Assembly: GCA_002269645.1 (NCBI GenBank)
Contig: NIVC01000722.1
Coordinates: 124,001 to 188,000 of the forward strand
Length of the DNA stretch: 64,000 bases
Source of the DNA: Macrostomum lignano
Taxonomy: Eukaryota
Direction: 5' to 3'
The position numbers were made by a program, and so were the translations under genes. The notes beneath the pieces were generated by a model that worked only from the letters and a program-made list of their open reading frames with translations, made no database searches and had not been told where the DNA came from. Positions 54,660-64,000 of the stretch are shown here, piece after piece. The stretch's first letter is position 1; each line of letters opens with the position of its first letter.

Positions 54660-55838
54660 ATGTCTCACGACAGTGATCGAGAAGATCTCATCGGTGATCA
54701 GCAGCACACGCGTCAGGACAACGGAAACTCCGCCGCAGCTGCTGCAGGTTCGCCCATACCATGTGGTTTAAGATTTAATTTTAGAGACGAATCAAGAGAG
54801 GAGGAGGAAGATCCATTTGCAGGACTCAACAACCTCGGACGTGACACCAACCCGGACATGATCCGCAGGATGCTGCAGGCCATGCAACGTCAGCTCGATC
54901 TACAGCCTAAGAAGCAAGTCAAGATGAAGAGCTATACGCCATCGCAGGACATCCGCGTTTGGTTAAAGGCTTTCGACCTACGATGCGAGGCAGAAGATCT
55001 ACAGGATGAAGACGACAAGAAGGCCCAATTACTGGCGAATTTAGACTTAAATTCGGCCTACGCCGCGGTACTTCGCATGAGGCTGCCCGACCGCATCAGC
55101 TATCGACAGCTTCAGCAACGACTAATAGAGAGATTCGCACGACTCTCAGGACCAGACGAATATCGAGAAGAATTCAGAGGTCGCAGCCAGCGCAAGAACG
55201 AATCAACGGAAGATTACGCAGATGCTCTGCAGGAGCTAGGAGAGCAAGCCTTCCCTTGGCTCGAGTCTCGCCATCTAGAGCAAGAATTGATTGACCAGTT
55301 CCTGCGCGGGATCCGCACGTCATCAGACTGCCGAGAGAAACTTTTCTGGATCCGACCTACGACACTCAGCGAAGCCTTGCGAGCACTGAAGAGGATGGAA
55401 CTAGCCAAAGACCTGGCTCATCGTTCGAAGGAGCCCCCGGTCAGAATGTTGGACGGGGAGGGACAAGCCTCAAAGGAGCCCAACAACAGCGCCCTCTCGA
55501 AGTTGGAGAAAGTCGTTGAGCAACAAGCCGCAATGATGCAGCAGCAGCAGCATCTGCTCAACACGTTGGCTCAGCAAGTCACAGCCAATCAAGTGATCGG
55601 TCAAGCGAACCAACCGCCGCACTACACGTGCTACGAGTGTAATCAAGAAGGACACAAGGCGAGAGATTGTCCGTACAGACGCCAATCATCTCAGCAGTTT
55701 ACGGGAAACGGCCGGCCGGAGGACGTAAACGGCAACGCCCCCCGAGCTCCAGCCCAGGCTATGCAGCCGACACCGAACACGCCCCGGAAGAGTATGGCTC
55801 CGCAGCCGCGGCAGCTGACTCGTCCGAGTCGTCAGTAA
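54660..55838 (+). CDS. retrotransposon Gag, 392 aa
   Basis: Capsid-like region (W..F..C....L...L..RF...Y...F..R.Q...E....Y...L..L...AF) and CCHC knuckle CYECNQEGHKARDC. Confidence 0.9.
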   Translation: MSHDSDREDLIGDQQHTRQDNGNSAAAAAGSPIPCGLRFNFRDESREEEEDPFAGLNNLGRDTNPDMIRRMLQAMQRQLDLQPKKQVKMKSYTPSQDIRVWLKAFDLRCEAEDLQDEDDKKAQLLANLDLNSAYAAVLRMRLPDRISYRQLQQRLIERFARLSGPDEYREEFRGRSQRKNESTEDYADALQELGEQAFPWLESRHLEQELIDQFLRGIRTSSDCREKLFWIRPTTLSEALRALKRMELAKDLAHRSKEPPVRMLDGEGQASKEPNNSALSKLEKVVEQQAAMMQQQQHLLNTLAQQVTANQVIGQANQPPHYTCYECNQEGHKARDCPYRRQSSQQFTGNGRPEDVNGNAPRAPAQAMQPTPNTPRKSMAPQPRQLTRPSRQ

Positions 55839-58800
55839 ACGAGGAAACGTTGGAAGGAGGTTTCGTGGACGCCTCCTTTGTAAATACTGTCCATGCGCGT
55901 GACGCCGACCCATTTATTACAGGACGAGTGGCTCGACGAGAGGTCGCCTTTCTGCTAGACAGCGGAAGCAGAAGAAACTTCCTCGGAGCGTCCACTTGGG
56001 CCGCCATTAGGCGTCGTTCACCACGTTGTATAGTCGCACCTGCTTATCCTAACCGAGTCGCTATGTACGACGGGACCGAGTTAAGTCTCGCCGCCAAGGT
56101 TATCCTATCAATTGAATTCGGGGACTATGTCGCGGAAACCGAATTCTTCGTCGCCGAAGGAGACTGTGAAAATCTTTTAGGAATCGATTTCATGCGGAGT
56201 CACTGCCAAGGACTGGACTTCCAGCAAGGAATGCTCACATTCCGACAAGGCACCCGGCTTCCCGTACGCTATTCAAGGAGAGAACTAAAGGCCTGCCGAG
56301 TGTACGTCGCTGAAAAATGCACTCTGCCGCCTCAATGTTCCTGCCTCGTCGCCATTAAACTAGCCGAAGGTCATCAGCAGAACTACGGTTCACCGATGAT
56401 TATCGAACCGCTCAAATCAGGACTGCGAGCGAAGCATCACCAGTTAGACGCAGCCCCAGTCCTGCACACGATGACAGAAGGTCGAGGAGTGATGGAAGTA
56501 CTCAACCCATCAGACACGGAGGTTCACTTGCGTCGCAACATGCTAATGGGAGTAGCCACGCCACTGATGACCCAGGACCTCGAGTACTTCAGCGAGTCGA
56601 ATGAGCCAGAAGTCCGTCAACTGATAACGACTGAAGAAACGACTGACAGTTGGATCAACGAGGTCGACATCGGAGACCAGCTGAACAGCCACCAGAAGCA
56701 CCAGGTTCAAGAAGTACTCAAGGAATGCGAGAAGGCATTCTCCCTAACTCCGTTGGACCACGGACTGACACACCTGGTAACTCATGAGATTGTGCTCACC
56801 GATTCGACGCCAATCGCGATTCCTCCTCGCCGGATACCTCCGCATCTACGACCGCAACTGGATCAGATGCTCGACGATATGCTGAAGAAAGGCATCATTC
56901 GGCCAACGTACTCCAGTTACAATTCGCCGATGATCCTAGTGCCAAAGAAGGACAAGACGATTCGCATCGTGCACGACTTCAGAGCGATCAACGATGTGAC
57001 GCTGAAGCACCCGTACCCGATCCCGCACATTCAGGAAACTTTCGCCAAACTCAAAGGAGCGCAGTGGTACTCAAGCCTCGACCTGGTACAAGGCTTCTAC
57101 CAGATTCCTCTCCGTGAGGAAGACCAGGACATCACTGCCTTCTCCGTGCTCGATCGTGGACAATTCTGCTTCAAGGTGCTACCAATGGGACTCACCGACA
57201 GCCCCGGATCGTTCCAGCGTTGTATCAATCAACTGCTAGAAGGACTAGCACCGCAGGCCGCTCTTGGTTACATGGACGACATCGTTGTACACGCAGTGAC
57301 GTTCGAAGATCACTTAGACCGTCTACGACAAGTCCTAAACCGAATTATAGCCGCCAACTTGAAGCTAAAACCGAAGAAATGCCATTTATTTAAAAAGGAG
57401 CTCCATTATCTAGGCCACGTGATTACGCCGGAAGGCCTACGGACAAGCGAAGACAAAATCGCGCAGATACGCAGTTGGCCAACGCCTCGGACTGTTCGTC
57501 AACTACGAAGCTTTCTTGGTCTCGCCAATTACTACAAGAAGTTCGTCGAAGATTACTCGGGCATCGCGGCCCCGTTACACGCATTGACACGCAAGGACCT
57601 GCAAGGATTCCAGCGTCATTGGACGCAGCAGCATCAGACTGCCTTTGAGACTCTGAAGAGCAAGCTATGCTCAACCGAAGTACTCGCCCTCCCAGAGTTC
57701 AATGAGGATCCGAAGGTCAAGTTCATCCTGGATACCGACGCATCCGACACCCAAATCGGTGCATGTCTAGGACAACTACAATCCGATGGAATAGAACGAC
57801 CGATCGCCTTTTTCAGTCGCAAGCTCCGAGACCCGGAAGTTCGCTACACGGTCACCAAGCGGGAGCTACTGGCTATTGTCGATGCCATGCGACACTTTCG
57901 AGAATACTTAATAGGAAAGAAGTTTGAAGTAAGAAGTGACCATAAGGCCTTGCTCTGGCTGTTACGTCAGACTGAATCTACAGGGATTCTAGGTCGATGG
58001 GTCCAGAGGATCAGCGAATTTCAGTTCACCATCTCCCATCGCAAGGGTACTGACCACACCAACGCCGACGCGCTATCAAGACGCCCGGACACGCCTCCGT
58101 TAGAATGCGATTACGGAGTACTCCAAGACGTCGACGCTGTCCTGGCTTGCCACCGCGAGGAGACAGGAGACACCACTCAGCGTGAGTGTCGCCGCATTAA
58201 GGAAACTGATCCGGGCATCGATTCAGAGGCCACCGCACCAGCAGCCCTCTCAATCAAGACCCACAATCGCGATCCAGAGGCAGAGACCGACTTGGACAAC
58301 GAACCAGAGGCCACCGCACCTGCAGCCCTCTGCCGAGTTCTCCACTGTTCACGTCGAAGCCAGGAGACAGCAAGCTTGGATGAAGACACAGAGGCCACCG
58401 CACCAGCAGCCCTCTGCCGAGCCACCCACGCTCGCCGTCACTTCAAGGAGACCAATCTGGATGAAGTTCAAGAGGCCACTGTACCCTCAGCCCTCTCCAA
58501 CGACAGCCATCAGGTCTACCTACAGAGTTTGGAGACTGACTTGGACGAAGATTCGGAGGCCACCGCTCCAGCAGCCCTCCCAGTCGAGCGCCACTGCTCA
58601 GATCTCGGTCGAAAATTTACCGCTGAGGAGTCCCGCTGCTCTTCCATGAGCCGACAGACTCAGCAGGTCGAGCCGTCTCGTTGCTCTTCCATGAGCCTGC
58701 AGCCGACCACCCATTATCAACGCGTGGACGATATGTCTTGCGCCATGACGCGCCTTCGTCCTACGCCGAAACCGACGCGTTCCTATGCAGAGGTGACGAA

Positions 58801-60793
58801 GTCTGCATACGAGGAAGACAGAGCACGTACAGCTGAAGCATCTCCCCAGCTCGCAACTTCTCAAAGTCTGCCGCGCTGCCGAGCATTGCTTACGGATCAT
58901 CTGAAGCCGCCTTTGCCGCGCGACAAGCTCATCAAAGCTCAACAGGATGACCCAGCTATTGGCTACGTTTACAAGTTGATCAAGGAGAATCAACCGAAAC
59001 CAGCGTTTGACGATCAATTACGACTTAGCAGAGAGCAACGGAATCTGCTAGGATACTACGAGTTACTGTTCCTCGAGCGAGATCTACTCATGATCAACAT
59101 GACGGAAAAGGACACTCCACCGAAGATTGTCTTACCAGTAGCTCTCGACAACGAAGTTTTTAACGAGCTCCACAATTCGCCTTTAGCAGGACACCAAGGA
59201 CAGCGAAAGACCGCCCAACGTGTGCGCGAAAGATTCTGGCGAACAGGTCTAGTCCGAGCCATTGAGACCTACGTCAGCAAATGCCGAACCTGCCTAGAGA
59301 GCAAGTCACGACGAAAACAGCAAGTGCCAGTGCAGAGCTTTCCAGTCTGCGAAGTTTTTGGAAGACTTCACATGGATGTGATCGGACCAATTGCGCAACC
59401 GTCCAAAGGAGGTCATCGATACATCCTGACACTCTGCTGTGCGACATCAAAGTTTCCGATAGCTTATCCGATGAGAAATCAGAAAGCTAAAACCGTTATC
59501 CGATTACTACAGGACCGATTTATTCCAGAATACGGAGTTCCAGCTTGGATTCACACGGACCAAGGCACGAACTTTACAGGAAACGCCTTCAAGAAGTTCT
59601 GTGATCTCTACGCTATCAGGCACACGACAACGACGCCGTACAACCCAGCATCCAACGGACTGGTAGAAAATCTGAACAAGCAGATCAAGAGCATTCTGAC
59701 ATGTCTCCTCGAGCACGATCATCGCGATTGGGACACATTTCTGCCAGCGTGCATGATTGCTCTTCGATCCAGCGTTCATCCAGTCACAGGCTATACGCCT
59801 TACTTCTTAGTCTATGGCCGAGAATACAGGATGCCTCTCGACAATTCATTGAAGCTACTCCCGGAGTACGCTAACCTGCCTGATTACGTCGCAGAATTTC
59901 AGCAACGCCTCAAGCACGCCACGGACCTCGCCAAGGAACGGCTAGGCCTGCATCAGCAAGCGCGAGACGAACACTACGAGAACCGACCAGCAGCTAAGAA
60001 GCTACAGCCGGGAGATCTCGTCTTCTTGAACAACCCGGTCCTACACGAAGATGAAGCAGCAAAGTTCCACAGGCCAAGGAGATCGTTGTACGAAGTGGTG
60101 GAAAGCAAAGGAGAGGTCGTCTACAAGATTCGACGGAAGGTTCGACACCCTCGAGAACGACCGGACGAGATGGTAGTTCATCGCCGGAACCTCCTCCTTG
60201 TGCCCACTTCAGATTATCCAATTGCAGATCTCGAAGGGCCAGCTGAACCGAAGAAGCATCGCCGAGTTCATCAGGCTGACGCCGGAGCTGCGACACTCCC
60301 CGCCATCTCTGAGGACTCTGACGAAGAAGACGACCTGGACACGAGACCCGCCTATCGCTGGCGACTCCGATCAGCTGCTCAGCCAGGCGCGCGTCCAACC
60401 GAAGTCCGCATCCAGGAACCTGAAGTTATGGAGAGGAGAGTAGAGCTTGAGTCACTGCTGTATGATTCTTGCGACGCTCCATCCGCTCCTACAGTTGAAC
60501 AGCAGAGGCGACCTGAAATTGAAATTAGCGACAGGATTAACCTAGACTCTGATAGGAATAATCAATGTAATAGTCATGTTATGTCGGCCAATTTGCCAAA
60601 TAATAGTCATGTTTTGTCGGCCAATTTGCCATCAACTAGTCAAGTCGAATGGGCCGTCAAGGACAGGCCAGTTAGGGCTCGAAGGGAACCTGACCGCTTG
60701 GTTCTAAAACCAAAGTCAAAGTCCTACTTGAGCCGGTTAGTTAACTTTTGCCGCCGGCCTCGTGCCTGTTCCAGCGCTGAAAAGCAAAACTAA
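55667..60793 (+). CDS. retrotransposon Pol (PR-RT-RNase H-insert-IN), entered by a -1 frameshift
   Basis: Protease FLLDSGS, RT YMDD, RNase H LDTDASD..KRELLAIV..SDH, integrase HNSPLAGH..CRTC and HMD/HTDQG/NGLVEN, C-terminal PGDLV. Open throughout. Confidence 0.93.
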   Translation: MSVQTPIISAVYGKRPAGGRKRQRPPSSSPGYAADTEHAPEEYGSAAAAADSSESSVNEETLEGGFVDASFVNTVHARDADPFITGRVARREVAFLLDSGSRRNFLGASTWAAIRRRSPRCIVAPAYPNRVAMYDGTELSLAAKVILSIEFGDYVAETEFFVAEGDCENLLGIDFMRSHCQGLDFQQGMLTFRQGTRLPVRYSRRELKACRVYVAEKCTLPPQCSCLVAIKLAEGHQQNYGSPMIIEPLKSGLRAKHHQLDAAPVLHTMTEGRGVMEVLNPSDTEVHLRRNMLMGVATPLMTQDLEYFSESNEPEVRQLITTEETTDSWINEVDIGDQLNSHQKHQVQEVLKECEKAFSLTPLDHGLTHLVTHEIVLTDSTPIAIPPRRIPPHLRPQLDQMLDDMLKKGIIRPTYSSYNSPMILVPKKDKTIRIVHDFRAINDVTLKHPYPIPHIQETFAKLKGAQWYSSLDLVQGFYQIPLREEDQDITAFSVLDRGQFCFKVLPMGLTDSPGSFQRCINQLLEGLAPQAALGYMDDIVVHAVTFEDHLDRLRQVLNRIIAANLKLKPKKCHLFKKELHYLGHVITPEGLRTSEDKIAQIRSWPTPRTVRQLRSFLGLANYYKKFVEDYSGIAAPLHALTRKDLQGFQRHWTQQHQTAFETLKSKLCSTEVLALPEFNEDPKVKFILDTDASDTQIGACLGQLQSDGIERPIAFFSRKLRDPEVRYTVTKRELLAIVDAMRHFREYLIGKKFEVRSDHKALLWLLRQTESTGILGRWVQRISEFQFTISHRKGTDHTNADALSRRPDTPPLECDYGVLQDVDAVLACHREETGDTTQRECRRIKETDPGIDSEATAPAALSIKTHNRDPEAETDLDNEPEATAPAALCRVLHCSRRSQETASLDEDTEATAPAALCRATHARRHFKETNLDEVQEATVPSALSNDSHQVYLQSLETDLDEDSEATAPAALPVERHCSDLGRKFTAEESRCSSMSRQTQQVEPSRCSSMSLQPTTHYQRVDDMSCAMTRLRPTPKPTRSYAEVTKSAYEEDRARTAEASPQLATSQSLPRCRALLTDHLKPPLPRDKLIKAQQDDPAIGYVYKLIKENQPKPAFDDQLRLSREQRNLLGYYELLFLERDLLMINMTEKDTPPKIVLPVALDNEVFNELHNSPLAGHQGQRKTAQRVRERFWRTGLVRAIETYVSKCRTCLESKSRRKQQVPVQSFPVCEVFGRLHMDVIGPIAQPSKGGHRYILTLCCATSKFPIAYPMRNQKAKTVIRLLQDRFIPEYGVPAWIHTDQGTNFTGNAFKKFCDLYAIRHTTTTPYNPASNGLVENLNKQIKSILTCLLEHDHRDWDTFLPACMIALRSSVHPVTGYTPYFLVYGREYRMPLDNSLKLLPEYANLPDYVAEFQQRLKHATDLAKERLGLHQQARDEHYENRPAAKKLQPGDLVFLNNPVLHEDEAAKFHRPRRSLYEVVESKGEVVYKIRRKVRHPRERPDEMVVHRRNLLLVPTSDYPIADLEGPAEPKKHRRVHQADAGAATLPAISEDSDEEDDLDTRPAYRWRLRSAAQPGARPTEVRIQEPEVMERRVELESLLYDSCDAPSAPTVEQQRRPEIEISDRINLDSDRNNQCNSHVMSANLPNNSHVLSANLPSTSQVEWAVKDRPVRARREPDRLVLKPKSKSYLSRLVNFCRRPRACSSAEKQN

Positions 60794-60798
60794 AAACA

Positions 60799-61935
60799 AT
60801 GACGGGAAAAGAAAACAAGAGGCGCCGAGATCGGGAACCGTCCCGGACACCCTCGCCAGCCAGCGGCCGAAAGCACACTCGACCCTCGCGGCCCGCCAGC
60901 AGAATTCGAACTATCCCAGTGCCCAGCCAGGATCCGGCTCGCCGTCGACGGAGCCGCTGGGACGAGCGTCCGCGCCAAGAAGCCAATATAGAAGTACGCA
61001 GGCTGGCACCGCTGCAGCTACCTCACCTCGACGATCGCCTCACAGTCGCCAGAGAGCGGGCCGCCGCCATTAGGCTCCGGCTCGATCCGCCCCAGGCGAT
61101 TATGGCCGATGCCCGGTTGCCAGCTGCCGACAAGGCAACCTCGCCAGAACGGCCTGGCTCTTCTCCGACGCAGCCACCGGCCGAGCCACCGGTGCCTAGC
61201 TCGCGGGAACCACCGCGCCCACACGACGCCGAAAACGCGCTTGATTTGATTGGGAGCTTATCGAGCTCTCTGCAGGAAGAGCCAAGCGAAGAGCTGCTTC
61301 CAGCACTTCAAGAGCTCCTGGCCCCTGACGCTCAGGCTGCCCCGAACGCAGCCCTGCCAGCTCCTTTCGACCCGCGAGTGGACGTACTGGACACGCCGCC
61401 TCAGCCGCAATCACCACCGCCGGCGCAGTATCTGGGCGTGCTATCGCCGCCGCCACAGCTTGACATCATCAACCTGGATGACTACAGGACGCCGCCCACG
61501 CCGCCAACACCGCGCTTCCGCCGACCGTCGCCCGTGCCATCGCCGCCCCGCTTATTCAATCGAACGGAACTAGCGGAGGCCATCAGCGTCGCCATCCGGA
61601 CTCGGCCTCAGCAAAGGGATGCAGCGACCCAAAGTGACTGCCTAAGCGTTGTACAAGAGGGGGCCATCATCGCTCTTACGGAGCTCCTAGTAGCAGCGGG
61701 GCTCAAAGGGCAGCTCTGCCGCAGGTGGCCTGACCGCATACAAGAGGAGTTCCGTGCGGCCGCGCCTGAGGAAAGGCGACGGGCCATCAAGGAGATCGGC
61801 CGTAGAACCGCCGAAGCCCTGCCGCCGCATCCGCCGCACGCCACTACACTCGAACTGGCGATCCTCAAGCTTCTCTTTTTCCTGGGACAAGCCAACGATG
61901 TGCCGAGCCCTTTTGGCAAATTTGTGCGTTATTAA
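60799..61935 (+). CDS. ORF3 of the LTR element: Arg-rich N-terminus, Pro-rich middle, helical C-terminus; not env-like; function unknown
   Basis: 378-codon ATG-initiated ORF 5 nt after the pol stop, inside the element, GC-rich and followed by an AT-rich 3' region before the PPT. Confidence 0.7.
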   Translation: MTGKENKRRRDREPSRTPSPASGRKHTRPSRPASRIRTIPVPSQDPARRRRSRWDERPRQEANIEVRRLAPLQLPHLDDRLTVARERAAAIRLRLDPPQAIMADARLPAADKATSPERPGSSPTQPPAEPPVPSSREPPRPHDAENALDLIGSLSSSLQEEPSEELLPALQELLAPDAQAAPNAALPAPFDPRVDVLDTPPQPQSPPPAQYLGVLSPPPQLDIINLDDYRTPPTPPTPRFRRPSPVPSPPRLFNRTELAEAISVAIRTRPQQRDAATQSDCLSVVQEGAIIALTELLVAAGLKGQLCRRWPDRIQEEFRAAAPEERRRAIKEIGRRTAEALPPHPPHATTLELAILKLLFFLGQANDVPSPFGKFVRY

Positions 61936-63088
61936 CAACATCAAATTTTGGCAATAGTAACACTTTTACATTTACAAAAAAATTGCAATCAACAACATCA
62001 AATCTTTTCAATCTATTTCAAATTTTTTAATCACTTCAAAAATAATCAAAATAATCTTTATGCAAAATAATCATCTTAAATACGCATTTTGCTCCCTTTA
62101 ACTTTTACAAAATAAGCAATCAATCATGTAGTAGGTATAATTCAACGCTGCCTTACTCAAGTACACCATCTCTTTGTAGGCGCTTCATTTTACGGTCAGC
62201 TTTATTTGTAATAAATACTCATTATCCAGTGGCCTTGTTAGAGCCGATTTTTGTTTTCAAATAAAATTGAATCATCGTTCCGCTGCTGCAATTTAATTTG
62301 GACGGGGAGAGTGTAGTGACTGGCTGCTACTGGTTATTCAGCAGCATTCACTAGCTTTCCTTATGAGTGCTGTGATCCGCTGCACAGTATCTCAGTCCAC
62401 CTGAGCTAGTGAGAGAGTTACCCTGTGCTGGGCCTAAGTGTTTACTGCCCGATGACTCATCGCCTGAGCGGGCGCGGGCAGCCACACTCAATGTCTTCCC
62501 TGAGAGGCGTAGCAGGATGACTCATCACCTGCGCGGAGTGTAAGGGCTGCCTAGAGGGAGTAAACAGGATGACTCATCCGCCCACGTTTCTATTTTTAGC
62601 ACAGACTAAGCACGTGACTGTGCACGCACTCTGTGCGTGGCCGCTGACCTTGAGTCACGCCACTGCTGCGTGACAGGGTTGCCTTATTTGGAAGTTGGCC
62701 TTGGATCACGCGTCGTTCGCATGATTCCAATGCCCAAATAAGGAAGTTTCACGCGCTCACCGCATGAAACTCACGTGACTTTTGGGGGTCAGCTCGGCTA
62801 TAAATACGGAGCATCTGCGAGCCATTTTTCTCCAGACTGCGTCGTCTCGCGGAGCATTGTGGCTAACTCGTGAAGCCTCTGCCTCCGAGCTCTCCTCTCT
62901 CATTTCAGGTTTTACAGGTTTCAGGTCCGAGCAGCATTCAACTAAGACGATCGACTGTCGAGACATTTTCAGATTTGGCCTTTGCTCCGAGTGTCTTCGT
63001 TAATTTTATTTTCAGGTGACGGATAGACAACTCTGCCGACGCGTCGAGTCCGCACACCAAGGTGGCAGCAACCCTACCAAGTAACGGC

Positions 63089-63584
63089 ACAAGCCTGGAA
63101 AGATGGCGCACAAACCAACTGGCGCCATTCTGCAACCCAACAGAATCGAAAACCCACTCGCCGTTAACACTTTTCCACGAGTCCACTATCAGCGCCCGCA
63201 ATTCCGTGTACTACGGCTATTGTGAGACTGCAAGGAGTCGTGAAAATATGTCTGTAGTTGTAGAATGTCCTGAACGTCAGAATAACGACAATCGGCAAGC
63301 ACAAGAGGGAAATCAGCCGCGATGAACCTGTTCGTTTATCGTTAAATTGGAAACTTGGTTTGTGATGACGTACAGTTGTGTGAGTTATTTTTTTATTTGT
63401 AGTTGTGTTGAGTTGTGTGAGGGAGGTTGAAAGGAAGTGGGGAAGGGATGTGCATTGTCGCGATGGTCTTTGTTGCTTGCGTACGGTACTTGCTAAATAT
63501 ATGGAAGCGACTGGCTTTTTAGGAGCCTCAATTTTTCTTCTGCAGTAGACACGGTAGACAAAATAATTAAGACTCGTAAGTGCT
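63089..63584. repeat. 496-bp direct repeat, copy 2 (joined to the truncated 3' LTR)
   Basis: Matches 53092-53587, offset 9997 bp. Confidence 0.95.
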
Positions 63585-64000
63585 TAGTCTTAATTTAACG
63601 TCTAGGAATTTATATGGCACATGAAGACTCTCTTTACCTCGCGATTTGGAACTTCGGTTCACGATAACGGCAATGCCCGCATTTCATTTAAATAAACAAC
63701 TACCTGCTTTACAACAACGATTGTGTCCGTTAATATATCATCTCTTTGACTGCTGCGACTTCATCTACAATGTCATGTTAGGAAATATTACAATCTAATC
63801 AGACAACATCAAGGCTCGCTTTGACTGGTTTTTACAGCTCAATGACGTCATTTCTACGCCCCGTTCATTTAGTCCGGACAAACAAAACCAGTTGAGTCTC
63901 CGAGGGAACTCCCACTGCAGTCTTCGACTTCAACTTGCTGTTGATAGAGGAGGACTTTTCTAGCCACAGGAGCACCTCTTTTCAACTGGGTGTCAAAGAG

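Larger units (their letters stand above)
53593..63089 (+). mobile_element. Gypsy/Metaviridae LTR retrotransposon with gag, pol (-1 frame) and an extra ORF3; 3' LTR truncated
   Basis: 5' LTR 53593-54446 (TGTAG...TTACA, 854 bp); PBS-like TGGTGGCACAGCGGT at 54448; PPT GGACGGGGAGAG at 62300-62311; 3' LTR 62312-63089 matches the 5' LTR only up to 54385. Confidence 0.95.

Noticed and set aside
60799-61935. ORF3 as an env gene
   Set aside because: It has no signal peptide, furin-plus-fusion-peptide arrangement or clear transmembrane anchor.

Overview
Eukaryotic (animal) genomic DNA, not prokaryotic. GC-rich exons are separated by introns that are mostly filled with intron-specific minisatellites; this style suggests a flatworm such as Macrostomum, but that is inference only. 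Four host genes can be reconstructed by hand with frame-consistent GT-AG junctions. (1) The 3' part of an intron-containing pogo/DDE_1 transposase-derived gene with a C-terminal PHD finger (+, <223-3355). (2) A complete 20-exon, 1226-aa secreted mosaic serine protease, SP-SRCR-CTLD-kringle-LDLa-LDLa-PAN-LDLa-SRCR-LDLa-SRCR-trypsin, of Tequila/Sp22D type (-, 9126-27340). (3) An intronless Hairy/E(spl) bHLH-WRPW gene with an atypical basic region (+, 41395-41856). (4) The last three exons of a CCDC148 orthologue (-, 44956-48729). There are two Gypsy/Metaviridae LTR retrotransposons. One is a short, damaged Mag-like copy inside a protease intron (11992-15957). The other is a 9.5-kb, apparently coding-intact element (53593-63089) with a -1 gag/pol frameshift, a repeat insert in pol, an extra non-env ORF3, LTRs rich in AP-1/CArG motifs, and a truncated 3' LTR followed by a 496-bp duplication of the left flank. 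An RTE-like LINE relic and a tRNA-derived SINE are also present. Most long ORFs in the supplied track are artefacts of tandem repeats. All alignments and translations were done by eye; no database searches were run.
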